Assembly (NCBI GenBank): GCA_965216465.1
Contig: CBDCFW010000005.1
Span: forward strand, 160,001 to 224,000
DNA: 64,000 nucleotides
Source of the DNA: Bacteroidia bacterium
Lineage (GTDB): Bacteria; Bacteroidota; Bacteroidia; NS11-12g; UBA9320
Reading direction: 5' to 3'
In this document: in pieces, positions 9,131-17,951 of the stretch
Numbering within the stretch: the stretch's first letter is position 1
How the letters are laid out: each line of letters begins with the position of its first letter
Notes under the pieces: model-generated
The model's input: only the letters and a program-made list of their open reading frames with translations
Databases searched by the model: none
Told to the model about the DNA's origin: nothing
Made by a program: the position numbers and the translations under genes

Positions 9131-10185
9131 TCACCTTTTTAGTAAAACGACTTGCAACCGGAGTGGTAATTCTGTTCAGCGTTGTTACAGTTGTTTTCTT
9201 TTTGTTTAGCTTTTCGTTTCCTAGTCCTGAGAAGATGGCGGTTGGACAACGTACTGACGTTGAAACGCAAGAAGCTATAAAAAAAGAATTTGGATTAGAC
9301 AAACCTCTTTTCACGCAGTACCTACTATTTTTAAACGATATCTCACCCATTTCATTTCATCAAGATCTTGAAGCTGAATTAGACAAGAAATACCATCCAG
9401 CTTTGAACTTACGATTCGGCGAAACAAGTATGCTTTTCAAAAAACCGTTTTTACGAAAGTCTTTTCAAAGTAGAGAACGGACCGAAGTATTAATTGCTAA
9501 ATCGTTTAAGGGCACATTCGTTCTTGCATTGGTTTCGATAATAATAGCTGGAATTTTTGGTATTCTTTTGGGAGTTATTTCAGGTGTAAAGGTCAATTCG
9601 TTGTTGGATCAAGCCATTGTTTTCGTCAGCACTTTAGGAATTTCGGTTCCATCTTTTTTTTCCGCTATTGTTTTAGCATGGCTCTTTGGTTATGTCTTGC
9701 ATAATTTCACAGGGCTGAACATGACAGGGAGCTGGATTGATGTAGACCCTTTTAAAGGTGAGTATTATGCGTGGAATAATTTGATATTACCCGCAATTGC
9801 CCTGGGTGTACGCCCTTTGTCTATTTTCACACTGCTTACAAGAAGCTCAATACTTGAGACACTCAATAAAGATTTTATAAAAACGGCAATTTCAAAAGGC
9901 CTAACTCCTAAACGTGTTTTATTTAAACATGCATTACCCAATGCACTGAATCCTGTTATTACTGCTGTTTCAGGCTGGTTTGCATCGTTATTAGCTGGAG
10001 CATTCTTTGTTGAGTATATATTTAATTGGCGAGGATTAGGCAAGCTTACTATTGAGGCATTAGAAATGAACGACCTACCAGTTGTAATGGGGTCGCTATT
10101 GTTTATAGCTCTTCTATTTATCATTATAAACATTTTGGTGGATATACTTTACGTTAAACTAGACCCAAGAGTTAAACTAAGCTGA
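9127..10185 (+). CDS. ABC transporter permease, OppB/DppB family
   Basis: FGLDKP, EAA-loop DFIKTAISKGL, KHALPNAL, AFFVEYIF, LDPRV; overlaps the upstream gene by 4 bp. Confidence 0.92.
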   Translation: MITFLVKRLATGVVILFSVVTVVFFLFSFSFPSPEKMAVGQRTDVETQEAIKKEFGLDKPLFTQYLLFLNDISPISFHQDLEAELDKKYHPALNLRFGETSMLFKKPFLRKSFQSRERTEVLIAKSFKGTFVLALVSIIIAGIFGILLGVISGVKVNSLLDQAIVFVSTLGISVPSFFSAIVLAWLFGYVLHNFTGLNMTGSWIDVDPFKGEYYAWNNLILPAIALGVRPLSIFTLLTRSSILETLNKDFIKTAISKGLTPKRVLFKHALPNALNPVITAVSGWFASLLAGAFFVEYIFNWRGLGKLTIEALEMNDLPVVMGSLLFIALLFIIINILVDILYVKLDPRVKLS

Positions 10186-10691
10186 TGATATACTTTATTA
10201 CAGGATTTATGGGAGTAGGTAAAACCACTATTGGTCGAGAACTTGCTCTTGAATTGGACGCTCATTTTATTGACCTCGATGAAGCCATTGAAAATCGAGT
10301 TCAAAAGTCAGTATCTCAAATCTTCAGCGACCATGGTGAAATTGCCTTTCGTGATTTAGAAGAGTGGGAATTGAACCATCAAATTAAAAATGCAAAGTCT
10401 ACCACAGTTATTTCTTTGGGTGGAGGAACCATTGCTCATCGACTCAACCACATGGTTATGCTTAGAAATGGATTAGTCATCTACCTCAAAAAAGAATGGG
10501 AGGAAATTGAAGAAGGGCTAAAAACCCTTGAAAACAGGCCACTGCTAAAGGAACTTGACACCACCCAGCTAAAAAAATTGTTTAATGAAAGAAGGCCTTT
10601 TTATGAGTTAGCACAGGTCGAAACCCTTGTAAAGACTGGCTTTGACACGAAAAAGCTCGTATTTTCACTAAAATTATTAACAAATAGGTAA
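10185..10691 (+). CDS. aroK: Shikimate kinase
   Basis: GFMGVGKT P-loop, FIDLD, GEIAFR, SLGGG, RPLL. Confidence 0.93.
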   Translation: MIYFITGFMGVGKTTIGRELALELDAHFIDLDEAIENRVQKSVSQIFSDHGEIAFRDLEEWELNHQIKNAKSTTVISLGGGTIAHRLNHMVMLRNGLVIYLKKEWEEIEEGLKTLENRPLLKELDTTQLKKLFNERRPFYELAQVETLVKTGFDTKKLVFSLKLLTNR

Positions 10692-10763
10692 CAATGCTTG
10701 TATTCATGCGGGTTTGCTGATTAACATTGGACACATATAAAAACGATTTTATAATTTAAACAT

Positions 10764-11036
10764 ATGAACAAATCAGATTTAATCTCAAAAATGGCTGGTG
10801 ATGCTGACATCACTAAAGCACAAGCAACTGAAGCTTTAAACTCTTTCTTAGGATCTACATCAGACGCTCTTAAAAAAGGTGACAAATTAATACTAGTAGG
10901 ATTTGGAACATTCTCTGTAAGCAAAAGAGCTGCAAGAACTGGAAGAAACCCAAGAACTGGTAAAGAAATCAAAATCGCTGCTAAAAACGTAGTTAAATTC
11001 AAAGCAGGTTCTGATTTATCTAAAAAAGTAAACTAA
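10764..11036 (+). CDS. hup: DNA-binding protein HU
   Basis: MNKSDLI, GFGTF, RTGRNPRTG, KFKAG. Confidence 0.96.
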   Translation: MNKSDLISKMAGDADITKAQATEALNSFLGSTSDALKKGDKLILVGFGTFSVSKRAARTGRNPRTGKEIKIAAKNVVKFKAGSDLSKKVN

Positions 11037-11064
11037 GAAAAGACTTTAAAGTCAAAAAATTAAG

Positions 11065-11094
11065 ACCCTCTTGGTTTTCCAAGAGGGTTTTTTT
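11065..11094 (+). terminator. Intrinsic terminator after the HU gene
   Basis: ACCCTCTTGG-TTTT-CCAAGAGGGT followed by a T-run. Confidence 0.9.
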
Positions 11095-12285
11095 ATGCAA
11101 TTTTGTTTCATCAAAAAATCATTCCTCAAATACCTGGCACAAACCTCCCCCACTCCACCAATGTATGAGTTTGTGAGAGCAGAACGATCGTATCTTTTCG
11201 ACCGAAACGACAAGCCATATTTAGACTTAATTTCAGGTATTGCAGTAACAAATGTTGGTCACCAAAATAAAAAGGTTACTAAAGCTATCACTAAGCAAGC
11301 AAAGAAATTTGCTCACCAAATGGTTTATGGGGAGTATGTGGTTGGTCCTCAAGTTAAACTTGCAAAAAAACTAGCATCTGTTCTCCCTGATAGCTTAAAC
11401 AACTTCTATTTCTTGAACAGTGGCAGCGAAGCTGTAGAAGGTGCCATGAAATTGGCTAAAAAGTACACGGGTAGAAAGAAGGTTGTAGCTATGCGCAATG
11501 CATATCACGGTTCGACTAGCGGAGCGTTAAGTTTAATGAGCGACGAATACTATTCGGGTCCGTTTAAACCACTATTGCCAAACATATATTTTGTTGAATT
11601 CAACAATATTGACTCTCTTAACATCATAGACCACGATACAGCAGCCGTATTTGTCGAACCAATACAAGCTGAAGCTGGGTATATTCCGGCAAGTGCAGCA
11701 TTCTTGGAAGCCTTGCGAAATAAATGCAATGAAACTGGAGCCCTGTTAATATTTGACGAGATACAAACAGGTATTGGACGAACTGGAAAGTTGTTTGCAT
11801 TTGAACACTACAAAATCATTCCTGATGTTCTTCTTCTTGCCAAAGCTCTTGGAGGGGGATTACCCTTGTCTTGCTTCATTTCAAGCAAAGAAATTATGGC
11901 CAGTCTTTCTGACCAACCAATACTAGGACATATTACCACATTTGGTGGACATCCTCTTAGTTGTGCAGCTGCAAAAGCTTCTTTGAAGTATATCTTGAAG
12001 CATAAGTTAATTGATGATGTTGAAACAAAAGAACATCGCTTCAGAAAGCAACTTGTTCATCCAAAAATTAAAAATATATCAGGGAAAGGATTAATGCTCG
12101 CTGTAGAACTAGAGAGCTTTGAGCAGGTAGAGCACGTGATGAAATCTTGCATTGAGCAGGGAATCATTATCGATTGGTTCCTATACAATTTGAACGCTTT
12201 AAGAATTGCTCCTCCCCTAATCATAACAAATGACGAAATTGACCGGGTTTGTGAGGTTATTGTAACTTCGCTGAACGCTACTTAA
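11095..12285 (+). CDS. Class III PLP-dependent aminotransferase (ArgD-like)
   Basis: NSGSEAVEGA, YHGST, EPIQAEAG, FDEIQTGIGRTG, AKALGGG, HITTFGG. Exact start uncertain; the track start (11071) lies inside the terminator. Confidence 0.88.
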   Translation: MQFCFIKKSFLKYLAQTSPTPPMYEFVRAERSYLFDRNDKPYLDLISGIAVTNVGHQNKKVTKAITKQAKKFAHQMVYGEYVVGPQVKLAKKLASVLPDSLNNFYFLNSGSEAVEGAMKLAKKYTGRKKVVAMRNAYHGSTSGALSLMSDEYYSGPFKPLLPNIYFVEFNNIDSLNIIDHDTAAVFVEPIQAEAGYIPASAAFLEALRNKCNETGALLIFDEIQTGIGRTGKLFAFEHYKIIPDVLLLAKALGGGLPLSCFISSKEIMASLSDQPILGHITTFGGHPLSCAAAKASLKYILKHKLIDDVETKEHRFRKQLVHPKIKNISGKGLMLAVELESFEQVEHVMKSCIEQGIIIDWFLYNLNALRIAPPLIITNDEIDRVCEVIVTSLNAT

Positions 12286-12290
12286 ATACT

Positions 12291-13853
12291 ATGAGACTTA
12301 CTTTTTTCTACTTATTACTTTCTTGTATTCTCTTGACTCAAGCACAAGTATTTAGTCTAAATCAGGAAGGTGTTGAATACAACTTCTTCAATAGCGAAAA
12401 AGAGCTATTCGAAAGAGCTGAATCACTGTCGTATGAAGAAATACTTCGGCTTTGTTTGATTGTTGAAAACCAAGGTGGTAAAGAAGACGTTTCTCGAACT
12501 ATGGCATACTTTAATGCATTCATTAAGAAGAATTCCAAAATCGCCAAGATTAATAATCAAGATAAAAAGATCAAAAAACTGATTGATGTTTTTCAAACAC
12601 AATTTGTAAAAGATATAAGTGCAACCATAAATGTAGAAGATGCAATTTTGTTGGGCAGCTATAACGGTTATACTAATGCTCTGCTATTGAGTGTTATTTT
12701 AGAAGCGTACAATATTCCTTTTGAAATTAAGGCCTCTTCTGAAACCTTTTATGTTTACCCATATCCTGAAAGCAGCAACCTATGCATCAACTATTTCTCC
12801 GAATTTCCATTTGAATTGAATGAAAATAACGAGCTTTATAGAGAACAGTACATTGATCGGCTTAGAGCATTTGAATACATCTTAGATGAAGAGTATCTTT
12901 CACATACCGAAGCTGAGCTATTTAAAAAGTACCACGACTTTGATGGAGGAGAAATTGACAAGCTTAGACTTTTAGCAAACTTCTACGCTTTCCGTTCAAT
13001 ACAACTCTTCAACAACGAAGAGTATCAGTCAGGCTATGACGAAATAAAAAAGGCATGTAAACTTTCTCCTTTATCACACAACCTAACGTTACGCAATGAA
13101 ATTGCCTATAACTACTTAGATGTATTTGAGTATAAAAAGGTTGAAGATGTACACTTTTTCATTGAAGTGGCGAATTATAATCCACGATATATCGAAAAGG
13201 TCATGATCTCACATCAGGCCATACAGATGTTTGAAAAGTTTGCCGAGAGAAACCATGCTGACTTCGAAGAGTGCTGTAGCATAATGATCAAGAATCTTCC
13301 GACCGACTCTTTAAAAGATCATGCCCGATTGATTCTTTACGACCAAAAAGCGATTAATTTTAAACACCTCGCTTTTCCTGACTCTTGTTATTTCTACCGC
13401 GAGAAGGCGTATGCTTTATCAGAGCGAACTCCTGAATATCAAATCGACCTGTACAACGACTGGATTCAATCTTTAACCGGAGATATTGCAGGTACTGAAC
13501 TTGAATACATTGCCTTGCTTGAAAAGTACCCGGAGCTTAATGATAATCCCTATTTTCAAATGGTAAGTATGAACATCTTGCTTGTAAAAGCAGGGCGATA
13601 CGTGTCATTAAATCAATATGCAACTGCAGAAAAATTAATCACCCAATTTGAGCGTGAATTTGAAAACTATAAAGGTGGTCTTTTGCCTTTACAAGAAAAT
13701 GTAGTTAACAGCTATGGTCGCTTAGCGGTATATTACTATTCTACTAACCGTACATCAACAGCAAAAGAAGTAGTAGATAAGGCCCTGATCTATGCACCTG
13801 ATAATTATGATTTACTTCGTAGAAAGGCTATGATAACCGGAGGTAGATTCTAA
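12291..13853 (+). CDS. Secreted helical-repeat (TPR-like) hypothetical protein
   Basis: Signal peptide; TPR-like segments such as AKEVVDKALIYAPDN and GYDEIKKACKLSP. Confidence 0.65.
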   Translation: MRLTFFYLLLSCILLTQAQVFSLNQEGVEYNFFNSEKELFERAESLSYEEILRLCLIVENQGGKEDVSRTMAYFNAFIKKNSKIAKINNQDKKIKKLIDVFQTQFVKDISATINVEDAILLGSYNGYTNALLLSVILEAYNIPFEIKASSETFYVYPYPESSNLCINYFSEFPFELNENNELYREQYIDRLRAFEYILDEEYLSHTEAELFKKYHDFDGGEIDKLRLLANFYAFRSIQLFNNEEYQSGYDEIKKACKLSPLSHNLTLRNEIAYNYLDVFEYKKVEDVHFFIEVANYNPRYIEKVMISHQAIQMFEKFAERNHADFEECCSIMIKNLPTDSLKDHARLILYDQKAINFKHLAFPDSCYFYREKAYALSERTPEYQIDLYNDWIQSLTGDIAGTELEYIALLEKYPELNDNPYFQMVSMNILLVKAGRYVSLNQYATAEKLITQFEREFENYKGGLLPLQENVVNSYGRLAVYYYSTNRTSTAKEVVDKALIYAPDNYDLLRRKAMITGGRF

Positions 13854-14599
13854 TAATTTTCTACCCCAATATTAAAGTCTTTGCTGGCTTCAATTCTTGT
13901 TTTCTGTCGACCCTCATAAGTGCCCGTAAATCGGACCTTTTGCATAACAACCTGTCCCGGTAAAACTTCAAACTCCATGATGCCTTTGCCATTTTCTTGA
14001 GGCAAATAATAATCTACACCATCAACTTCGGCACTGTAATATGCTTTTTTAGGCATGTGTTCGAAGTATACATAAACAATATACTTATTGTCGAGCTGTA
14101 CAGTGTTTTTAGTATTGATCACTAAAGCTTTTTCCGTTTTTGTTTTTCCACTTTCAGCGTATTCTTTTAAAGTGCTGTTAATAGGCTCACCGCGGTCATG
14201 CTCCAATTCGACCTTAAGGTTCCCATTTGACCAATACTCTTGAAAAAGTCCATGACGTAAATCGTCTTTAAATTCAATTTTACGCCATAAGGCACCATCT
14301 TGTCTATAGTATTTATATGTACCGTGCTTATCTCCATCTTTGTACATGATTTCAAGCTTTGGATTACCGTTGATATACCAAGAACGAAATTGGCCATCTC
14401 TGCGACCTCTTTTATAATAACATTTTGTTTTTCGCTCACCATCTCTGTAATAGGTAATTATTGTTCCTGTTCTGGTTTGGTGATTGAAGTCGATGTGCTG
14501 TTTAGTATCTGTGTCATGGGGGTCAACTTCGTCGAAAAAACCACACGAATTGAATAATAGTAAGAAGAAGATTAGGGGTAAAAGGGTATACCTTTGCAT
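13850..14599 (-). CDS. MORN-variant repeat lipoprotein (YwqK-like repeats)
   Basis: Signal MQRYTLLPLIFFLLLFNSC from ATG 14599; four repeats of G-x-x-x-x-Y/W-Y/W-x-x-G. The longer track ORF would overlap the divergent gene. Confidence 0.78.
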   Translation of the reverse strand: MQRYTLLPLIFFLLLFNSCGFFDEVDPHDTDTKQHIDFNHQTRTGTIITYYRDGERKTKCYYKRGRRDGQFRSWYINGNPKLEIMYKDGDKHGTYKYYRQDGALWRKIEFKDDLRHGLFQEYWSNGNLKVELEHDRGEPINSTLKEYAESGKTKTEKALVINTKNTVQLDNKYIVYVYFEHMPKKAYYSAEVDGVDYYLPQENGKGIMEFEVLPGQVVMQKVRFTGTYEGRQKTRIEASKDFNIGVENY

Positions 14600-14609
14600 A
14601 GACGCTTTC

Positions 14610-15269
14610 ATGATAAATTCAGCCAAAGATACTCCTTTTGTATATATCATTTCAGGGCTCGCAGCAGACCATAGGGTTTTTGCAAACTTGACCCTTCCTA
14701 AACACCATAAACACCTGGCATGGATACCAAATTTAGAAGACGAGACCCTAACATCATACGCCAAAAGAATGGCCGAAAAAATTGAACATCCAAACCCAAT
14801 AATTATAGGACTGTCTTTTGGGGGAATTGTAGCTCAAGAGATAGCTAATTTGATTCCAGTGAAGAAACTAATCCTACTCTCTACTATCAAGAATGAAAGC
14901 GAAAAACCTTGGTACTTCAAAATTATCAACGGTATGAGTTTATTCAACTTTGCACCCAGCACTTATTTTCATCAACCCAAGGCCATTACCTACTGGGCTT
15001 TCTCGCTTGTTGATTCGAAACACAAATCAATTCTTGATGCATGTTTTGAAGATGTTGACGAAGACCATGTAAAATGGGCAATCGCACGAATTATGGAGTT
15101 CAAGGGAGTAAACCATGGTACGGAAGTAATCCATATACATTCTACAGGAGATCGAATCTTTCCCCTTTCAGAGATTAATGCCGATTACAAAATCGAAGGA
15201 GGACACTTTGCTTTATACACTCACAGTGAGCAACTTAACAATGTTTTTCGAAGCATAGGGCTCATTTAA
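14610..15269 (+). CDS. Alpha/beta hydrolase
   Basis: ISGLAAD, nucleophile elbow GLSFGG, D-x-x-F/P and GGHF. ATG at 14610 follows TACCTTTG at 14589-14596. Confidence 0.85.
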   Translation: MINSAKDTPFVYIISGLAADHRVFANLTLPKHHKHLAWIPNLEDETLTSYAKRMAEKIEHPNPIIIGLSFGGIVAQEIANLIPVKKLILLSTIKNESEKPWYFKIINGMSLFNFAPSTYFHQPKAITYWAFSLVDSKHKSILDACFEDVDEDHVKWAIARIMEFKGVNHGTEVIHIHSTGDRIFPLSEINADYKIEGGHFALYTHSEQLNNVFRSIGLI

Positions 15270-15348
15270 TCTTCACTTACATACTACAAAATTCCTCGTT
15301 TATTCTCTTCCTTTTATCGGAATAAGAATGGATTTGTCATTTTTTTAT

Positions 15349-15378
15349 TGATATATTTGTGATATCATTTTAATATCA
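15349..15378 (+). promoter_or_regulatory. Promoter -7 box plus operator-like repeats of the SPFH operon
   Basis: TATATTTG 15352-15359; TGATATAT 15349, TGATATCA 15360 (palindrome), TAATATCA 15371, spaced 11 bp apart. Confidence 0.65.
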
Positions 15379-15383
15379 ACCTT

Positions 15384-16253
15384 ATGAACAATAAAGAAAA
15401 AAGTTTCAAACCCATTTCAGGATACATCATGCTCCTGTTTCTTGCAATAGTTATTGCTGGAATCATTTTTAACATCTCCTTAGAACAGCCGCTCCCTATT
15501 GTAATCTTGGCACCTATTATGCTGCTTACCATAATCGGATTTGTGATCGTTAACCCGAACGGATCTGCTGTATTGACCTTATTTGGAGCGTACAAAGGAA
15601 CCATTAGAGATAATGGCTTTTTCTGGGTAAATCCATTTTACAAGAAGCAAAAAATCTCGTTGCGAGCGCGTAACTTAGACACACCTCCTATTAAAGTAAA
15701 CGACAGTTTAGGAAACCCAATTAAAATTGGTGCTGTTGTCGTATGGAAGGTTGAAGAAACCTTTAAAGCAGCCTTTGATGTTGATGACTATCAGAACTTT
15801 GTAAACATACAAAGTGAAGCTGCTATTCGTAAACTTGCTGGCCACTACCCGTACGATGACCTTGAAGACGATCATTCGGGAGAAACCAATCATCTTACAC
15901 TAAGAAGTGGTGGAGCCGAAATAGACGAGAAACTTGAAGACGCTCTTACTAAACGATTAGAGATAGCTGGTATTGAAGTAATTGAAGCAAGAATCAGCTA
16001 CTTAGCGTATTCTGAAGAGATTGCCAGTGCTATGCTTCAAAGGCAACAAGCAACAGCTATCATTGCTGCCCGTAAGAAAATTGTTGAAGGTGCAGTGGGA
16101 ATGGTCGACGATGCTTTGATCAAATTAAATGAACAAAATATTGTTGAACTTGATAAGGATAAAAAGGCTGCGATGGTGAGTAACCTTTTGGTGGTTCTTT
16201 GCTCGGATAAAGCAGCCAATCCAATTGTAAATGCAGGAACCTTACATAACTAA
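15384..16253 (+). CDS. SPFH/band 7 domain membrane protein
   Basis: Two N-terminal TM helices, FGAYKGT, KVNDSLGNPI, EARISYLAYSEEIASAMLQRQQA, SNLLVVLC. Confidence 0.93.
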   Translation: MNNKEKSFKPISGYIMLLFLAIVIAGIIFNISLEQPLPIVILAPIMLLTIIGFVIVNPNGSAVLTLFGAYKGTIRDNGFFWVNPFYKKQKISLRARNLDTPPIKVNDSLGNPIKIGAVVVWKVEETFKAAFDVDDYQNFVNIQSEAAIRKLAGHYPYDDLEDDHSGETNHLTLRSGGAEIDEKLEDALTKRLEIAGIEVIEARISYLAYSEEIASAMLQRQQATAIIAARKKIVEGAVGMVDDALIKLNEQNIVELDKDKKAAMVSNLLVVLCSDKAANPIVNAGTLHN

Positions 16254-16256
16254 GCC

Positions 16257-16409
16257 ATGGAAAAGTATGTACTCTTAAAGGTAAAACCTTTTGAAAGCCT
16301 CAAAAAGTTCCAGGCTCGAATTAATGAACAAGCAAGAAAAGGCTACCGTGCAATAAATATCACCGGCCAGCATGGAGCTCAAGTGATTTTAATGGAAAAA
16401 ATAAACTAG
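16257..16409 (+). CDS. 50-aa small protein, DUF4177-like (absent from ORF track)
   Basis: MEKYVLLKVKPFESLKKFQARINEQARKGYRAINITGQHGAQVILMEKIN; fills the gap with 3-bp and 2-bp spacers. Confidence 0.7.
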   Translation: MEKYVLLKVKPFESLKKFQARINEQARKGYRAINITGQHGAQVILMEKIN

Positions 16410-16411
16410 CC

Positions 16412-16567
16412 GTGAGTAAGAAAAAGGCATTTGCACTGCGTGTTGACGAAAAGATGTTGGCTGCCATTGAAAAATGGGCAGCTGACGAGTTTAGAAGCAC
16501 TAATGGACAGATAGAGTATCTGCTGAGCGAAGCCTTGAAAAAAGCAAAAAGACAACCGAAAAAATGA
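16412..16567 (+). CDS. Arc-family ribbon-helix-helix DNA-binding protein (absent from ORF track)
   Basis: GTG start; MSKKKAFALRVDEKMLAAIEKWAADEFRSTNGQIEYLLSEALKKAKRQPKK; its stop overlaps the next ATG (ATGA). Confidence 0.88.
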   Translation: MSKKKAFALRVDEKMLAAIEKWAADEFRSTNGQIEYLLSEALKKAKRQPKK

Positions 16568-17034
16568 ATACAACGTATCGAGAAGAGCAGAGTTTTACCG
16601 TAATGGCGTGGATTATTGCTGGAATGTACCTTATACTTTCAGCCTTAATTCTATTGCTTGAGGTTGAAAGTTCGACAGAGCGGTATATCGGATACGGCAT
16701 TGTTTCAGCTGTCTTTATTCCACTTATTTGGGTGTCTTTCACAAGCAAGTTAAAAACAGAGTTGAGTTCACATCAGCTGAAGTTTAGCTTTCGCCCACTG
16801 GTGAAAGAACGAATCTATAATCGCTCAGAGATAGAATCTATCGAATTTCTCAATTACGGATTTGTTGGAGGATGGGGCATTCGTCTAATGACCAGGTATG
16901 GAACAGTTTACAATACATGGGGAAAAGAAGGAATGCTTATCAAATTAAAAAATGGAAAGAAGTTTGTTATCGGAACTAGAAACCCAGGTACGCTAAAGCG
17001 ATTTCTAAAAACCTCTTTGCCCCTTGGGGAATAA
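16564..17034 (+). CDS. Hypothetical membrane protein (two TM helices plus bacterial PH-like domain)
   Basis: Two TM segments, then GGWGIR...VYN-x-x-G...IKLKNGKKFVIGT. Confidence 0.75.
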   Translation: MNTTYREEQSFTVMAWIIAGMYLILSALILLLEVESSTERYIGYGIVSAVFIPLIWVSFTSKLKTELSSHQLKFSFRPLVKERIYNRSEIESIEFLNYGFVGGWGIRLMTRYGTVYNTWGKEGMLIKLKNGKKFVIGTRNPGTLKRFLKTSLPLGE

Positions 17035-17184
17035 ACCTTCTTGACGGCCTTTCTTGCGTTTGTCCTTTTTGGCGTTATAACCCTCCATAGTTGGATCTAA
17101 AGTAGTACAATGTTTCGCTTTGCAACTTGGCAAAGAAGAAATCACAAATAACGCAAGGCCACAGAATAGCAAGTACTTTTTCAT
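17005..17184 (-). CDS. 59-aa basic lipoprotein (absent from ORF track)
   Basis: MKKYLLFCGLALFVISSLPSC-KAKHCTTLDPTMEGYNAKKDKRKKGRQEGLFPKGQRGF; lipoprotein signal; 30-bp convergent overlap with the upstream gene. Confidence 0.65.
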   Translation of the reverse strand: MKKYLLFCGLALFVISSLPSCKAKHCTTLDPTMEGYNAKKDKRKKGRQEGLFPKGQRGF

Positions 17185-17225
17185 CGTTTACAAAGTTAAC
17201 GAATTCCTACTAGAAGTTATTTCAT

Positions 17226-17257
17226 AAAAAAAGAGCCAACCGAAGTTGACTCTTTTT
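17226..17257 (-). terminator. Intrinsic terminator of the YceI gene
   Basis: A-run-GAGCCAAC-cgaa-GTTGACTC-T-run. Confidence 0.8.
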
Positions 17258-17285
17258 GTAATATTAAAATTGCTCTATTTTAATC

Positions 17286-17906
17286 TTATTCTGCCAATGC
17301 CAAGTTTACCTCAAACTCAATAGCATCGTTAATAACGTTATCTCCAAGATTGTCAAAGAATGAAGAACTACCGTAACGAACATCCCATGCTGATCTATCG
17401 ATCGAGAACGTAGAAGATGCTGTCGCAGCTTCTTTGTCATATGCATAAGGAATGGTAATTGAATGCGTAATTCCTTTAATTGTTAGATTTCCAGTAATAC
17501 TATCAGCAGTACTAGCTGTAACCTCAAAAGCTGCTGTAGCAAAAGAGTCAACATTAAAGAAAGCATCACTAGAAAGATGACCCAATAACTTGCCTGTTCT
17601 TTCTTCATCCATTCCATCTGTGCTTGCCAACGAGCTCATATCAATTGTAAAGTTTCCTGAAGTAATTTTACCCTCCTCAACTGCAATTTCTCCGCCTTTA
17701 ACAGCTACTGTTCCGCTGTGACTATCTCCAGTTACCTTAGAACCAGTCCAGTTTACAGAACTTGATTCTGAGTTAACAGCAAATGATTGACTTGTTTCTG
17801 TAGCTTCAGCAACTTCTTGGGCCTCTTGGGCTGAAGTAGAGGCTTCGTTGCTGTTACACGCTGCAAAAATTGCTGCTACCCCTACTAGAATTAGTACTTT
17901 TTTCAT
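17286..17906 (-). CDS. YceI-family lipoprotein
   Basis: Lipobox FAAC; VNWTGSK, GNFTIDM, HLSSDAFF, GNLTIKGITH, IDRSAWDVRYGS. Confidence 0.92.
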   Translation of the reverse strand: MKKVLILVGVAAIFAACNSNEASTSAQEAQEVAEATETSQSFAVNSESSSVNWTGSKVTGDSHSGTVAVKGGEIAVEEGKITSGNFTIDMSSLASTDGMDEERTGKLLGHLSSDAFFNVDSFATAAFEVTASTADSITGNLTIKGITHSITIPYAYDKEAATASSTFSIDRSAWDVRYGSSSFFDNLGDNVINDAIEFEVNLALAE

Positions 17907-17933
17907 TGTTTAAATAAATAATTGATTCGTAAT

Positions 17934-17951
17934 TAGATGTATAAACATCTA
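17934..17951. promoter_or_regulatory. Palindromic operator candidate between yceI and the TonB receptor gene
   Basis: TAGATGT-ATAA-ACATCTA, a 7-4-7 inverted repeat. Confidence 0.55.

Noticed and set aside
13850-14599. YwqK-like 'antitoxin' suggesting a toxin-antitoxin or defence system
   Set aside because: It is a MORN-variant repeat lipoprotein with no adjacent toxin gene; these repeats are common in Bacteroidota envelope proteins.
14484-14764. Apparent 280-bp overlap of two opposite-strand ORFs in the track
   Set aside because: Artefact of longest-ORF calling. The lipoprotein signal starts at 14599 and the hydrolase at 14610, which removes the overlap.
16412-16567. RHH protein as the antitoxin of a TA pair
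   Set aside because: Neighbours show no RelE/ParE/PIN/HicA motifs; the SPFH context and operator boxes fit a simple autoregulator.
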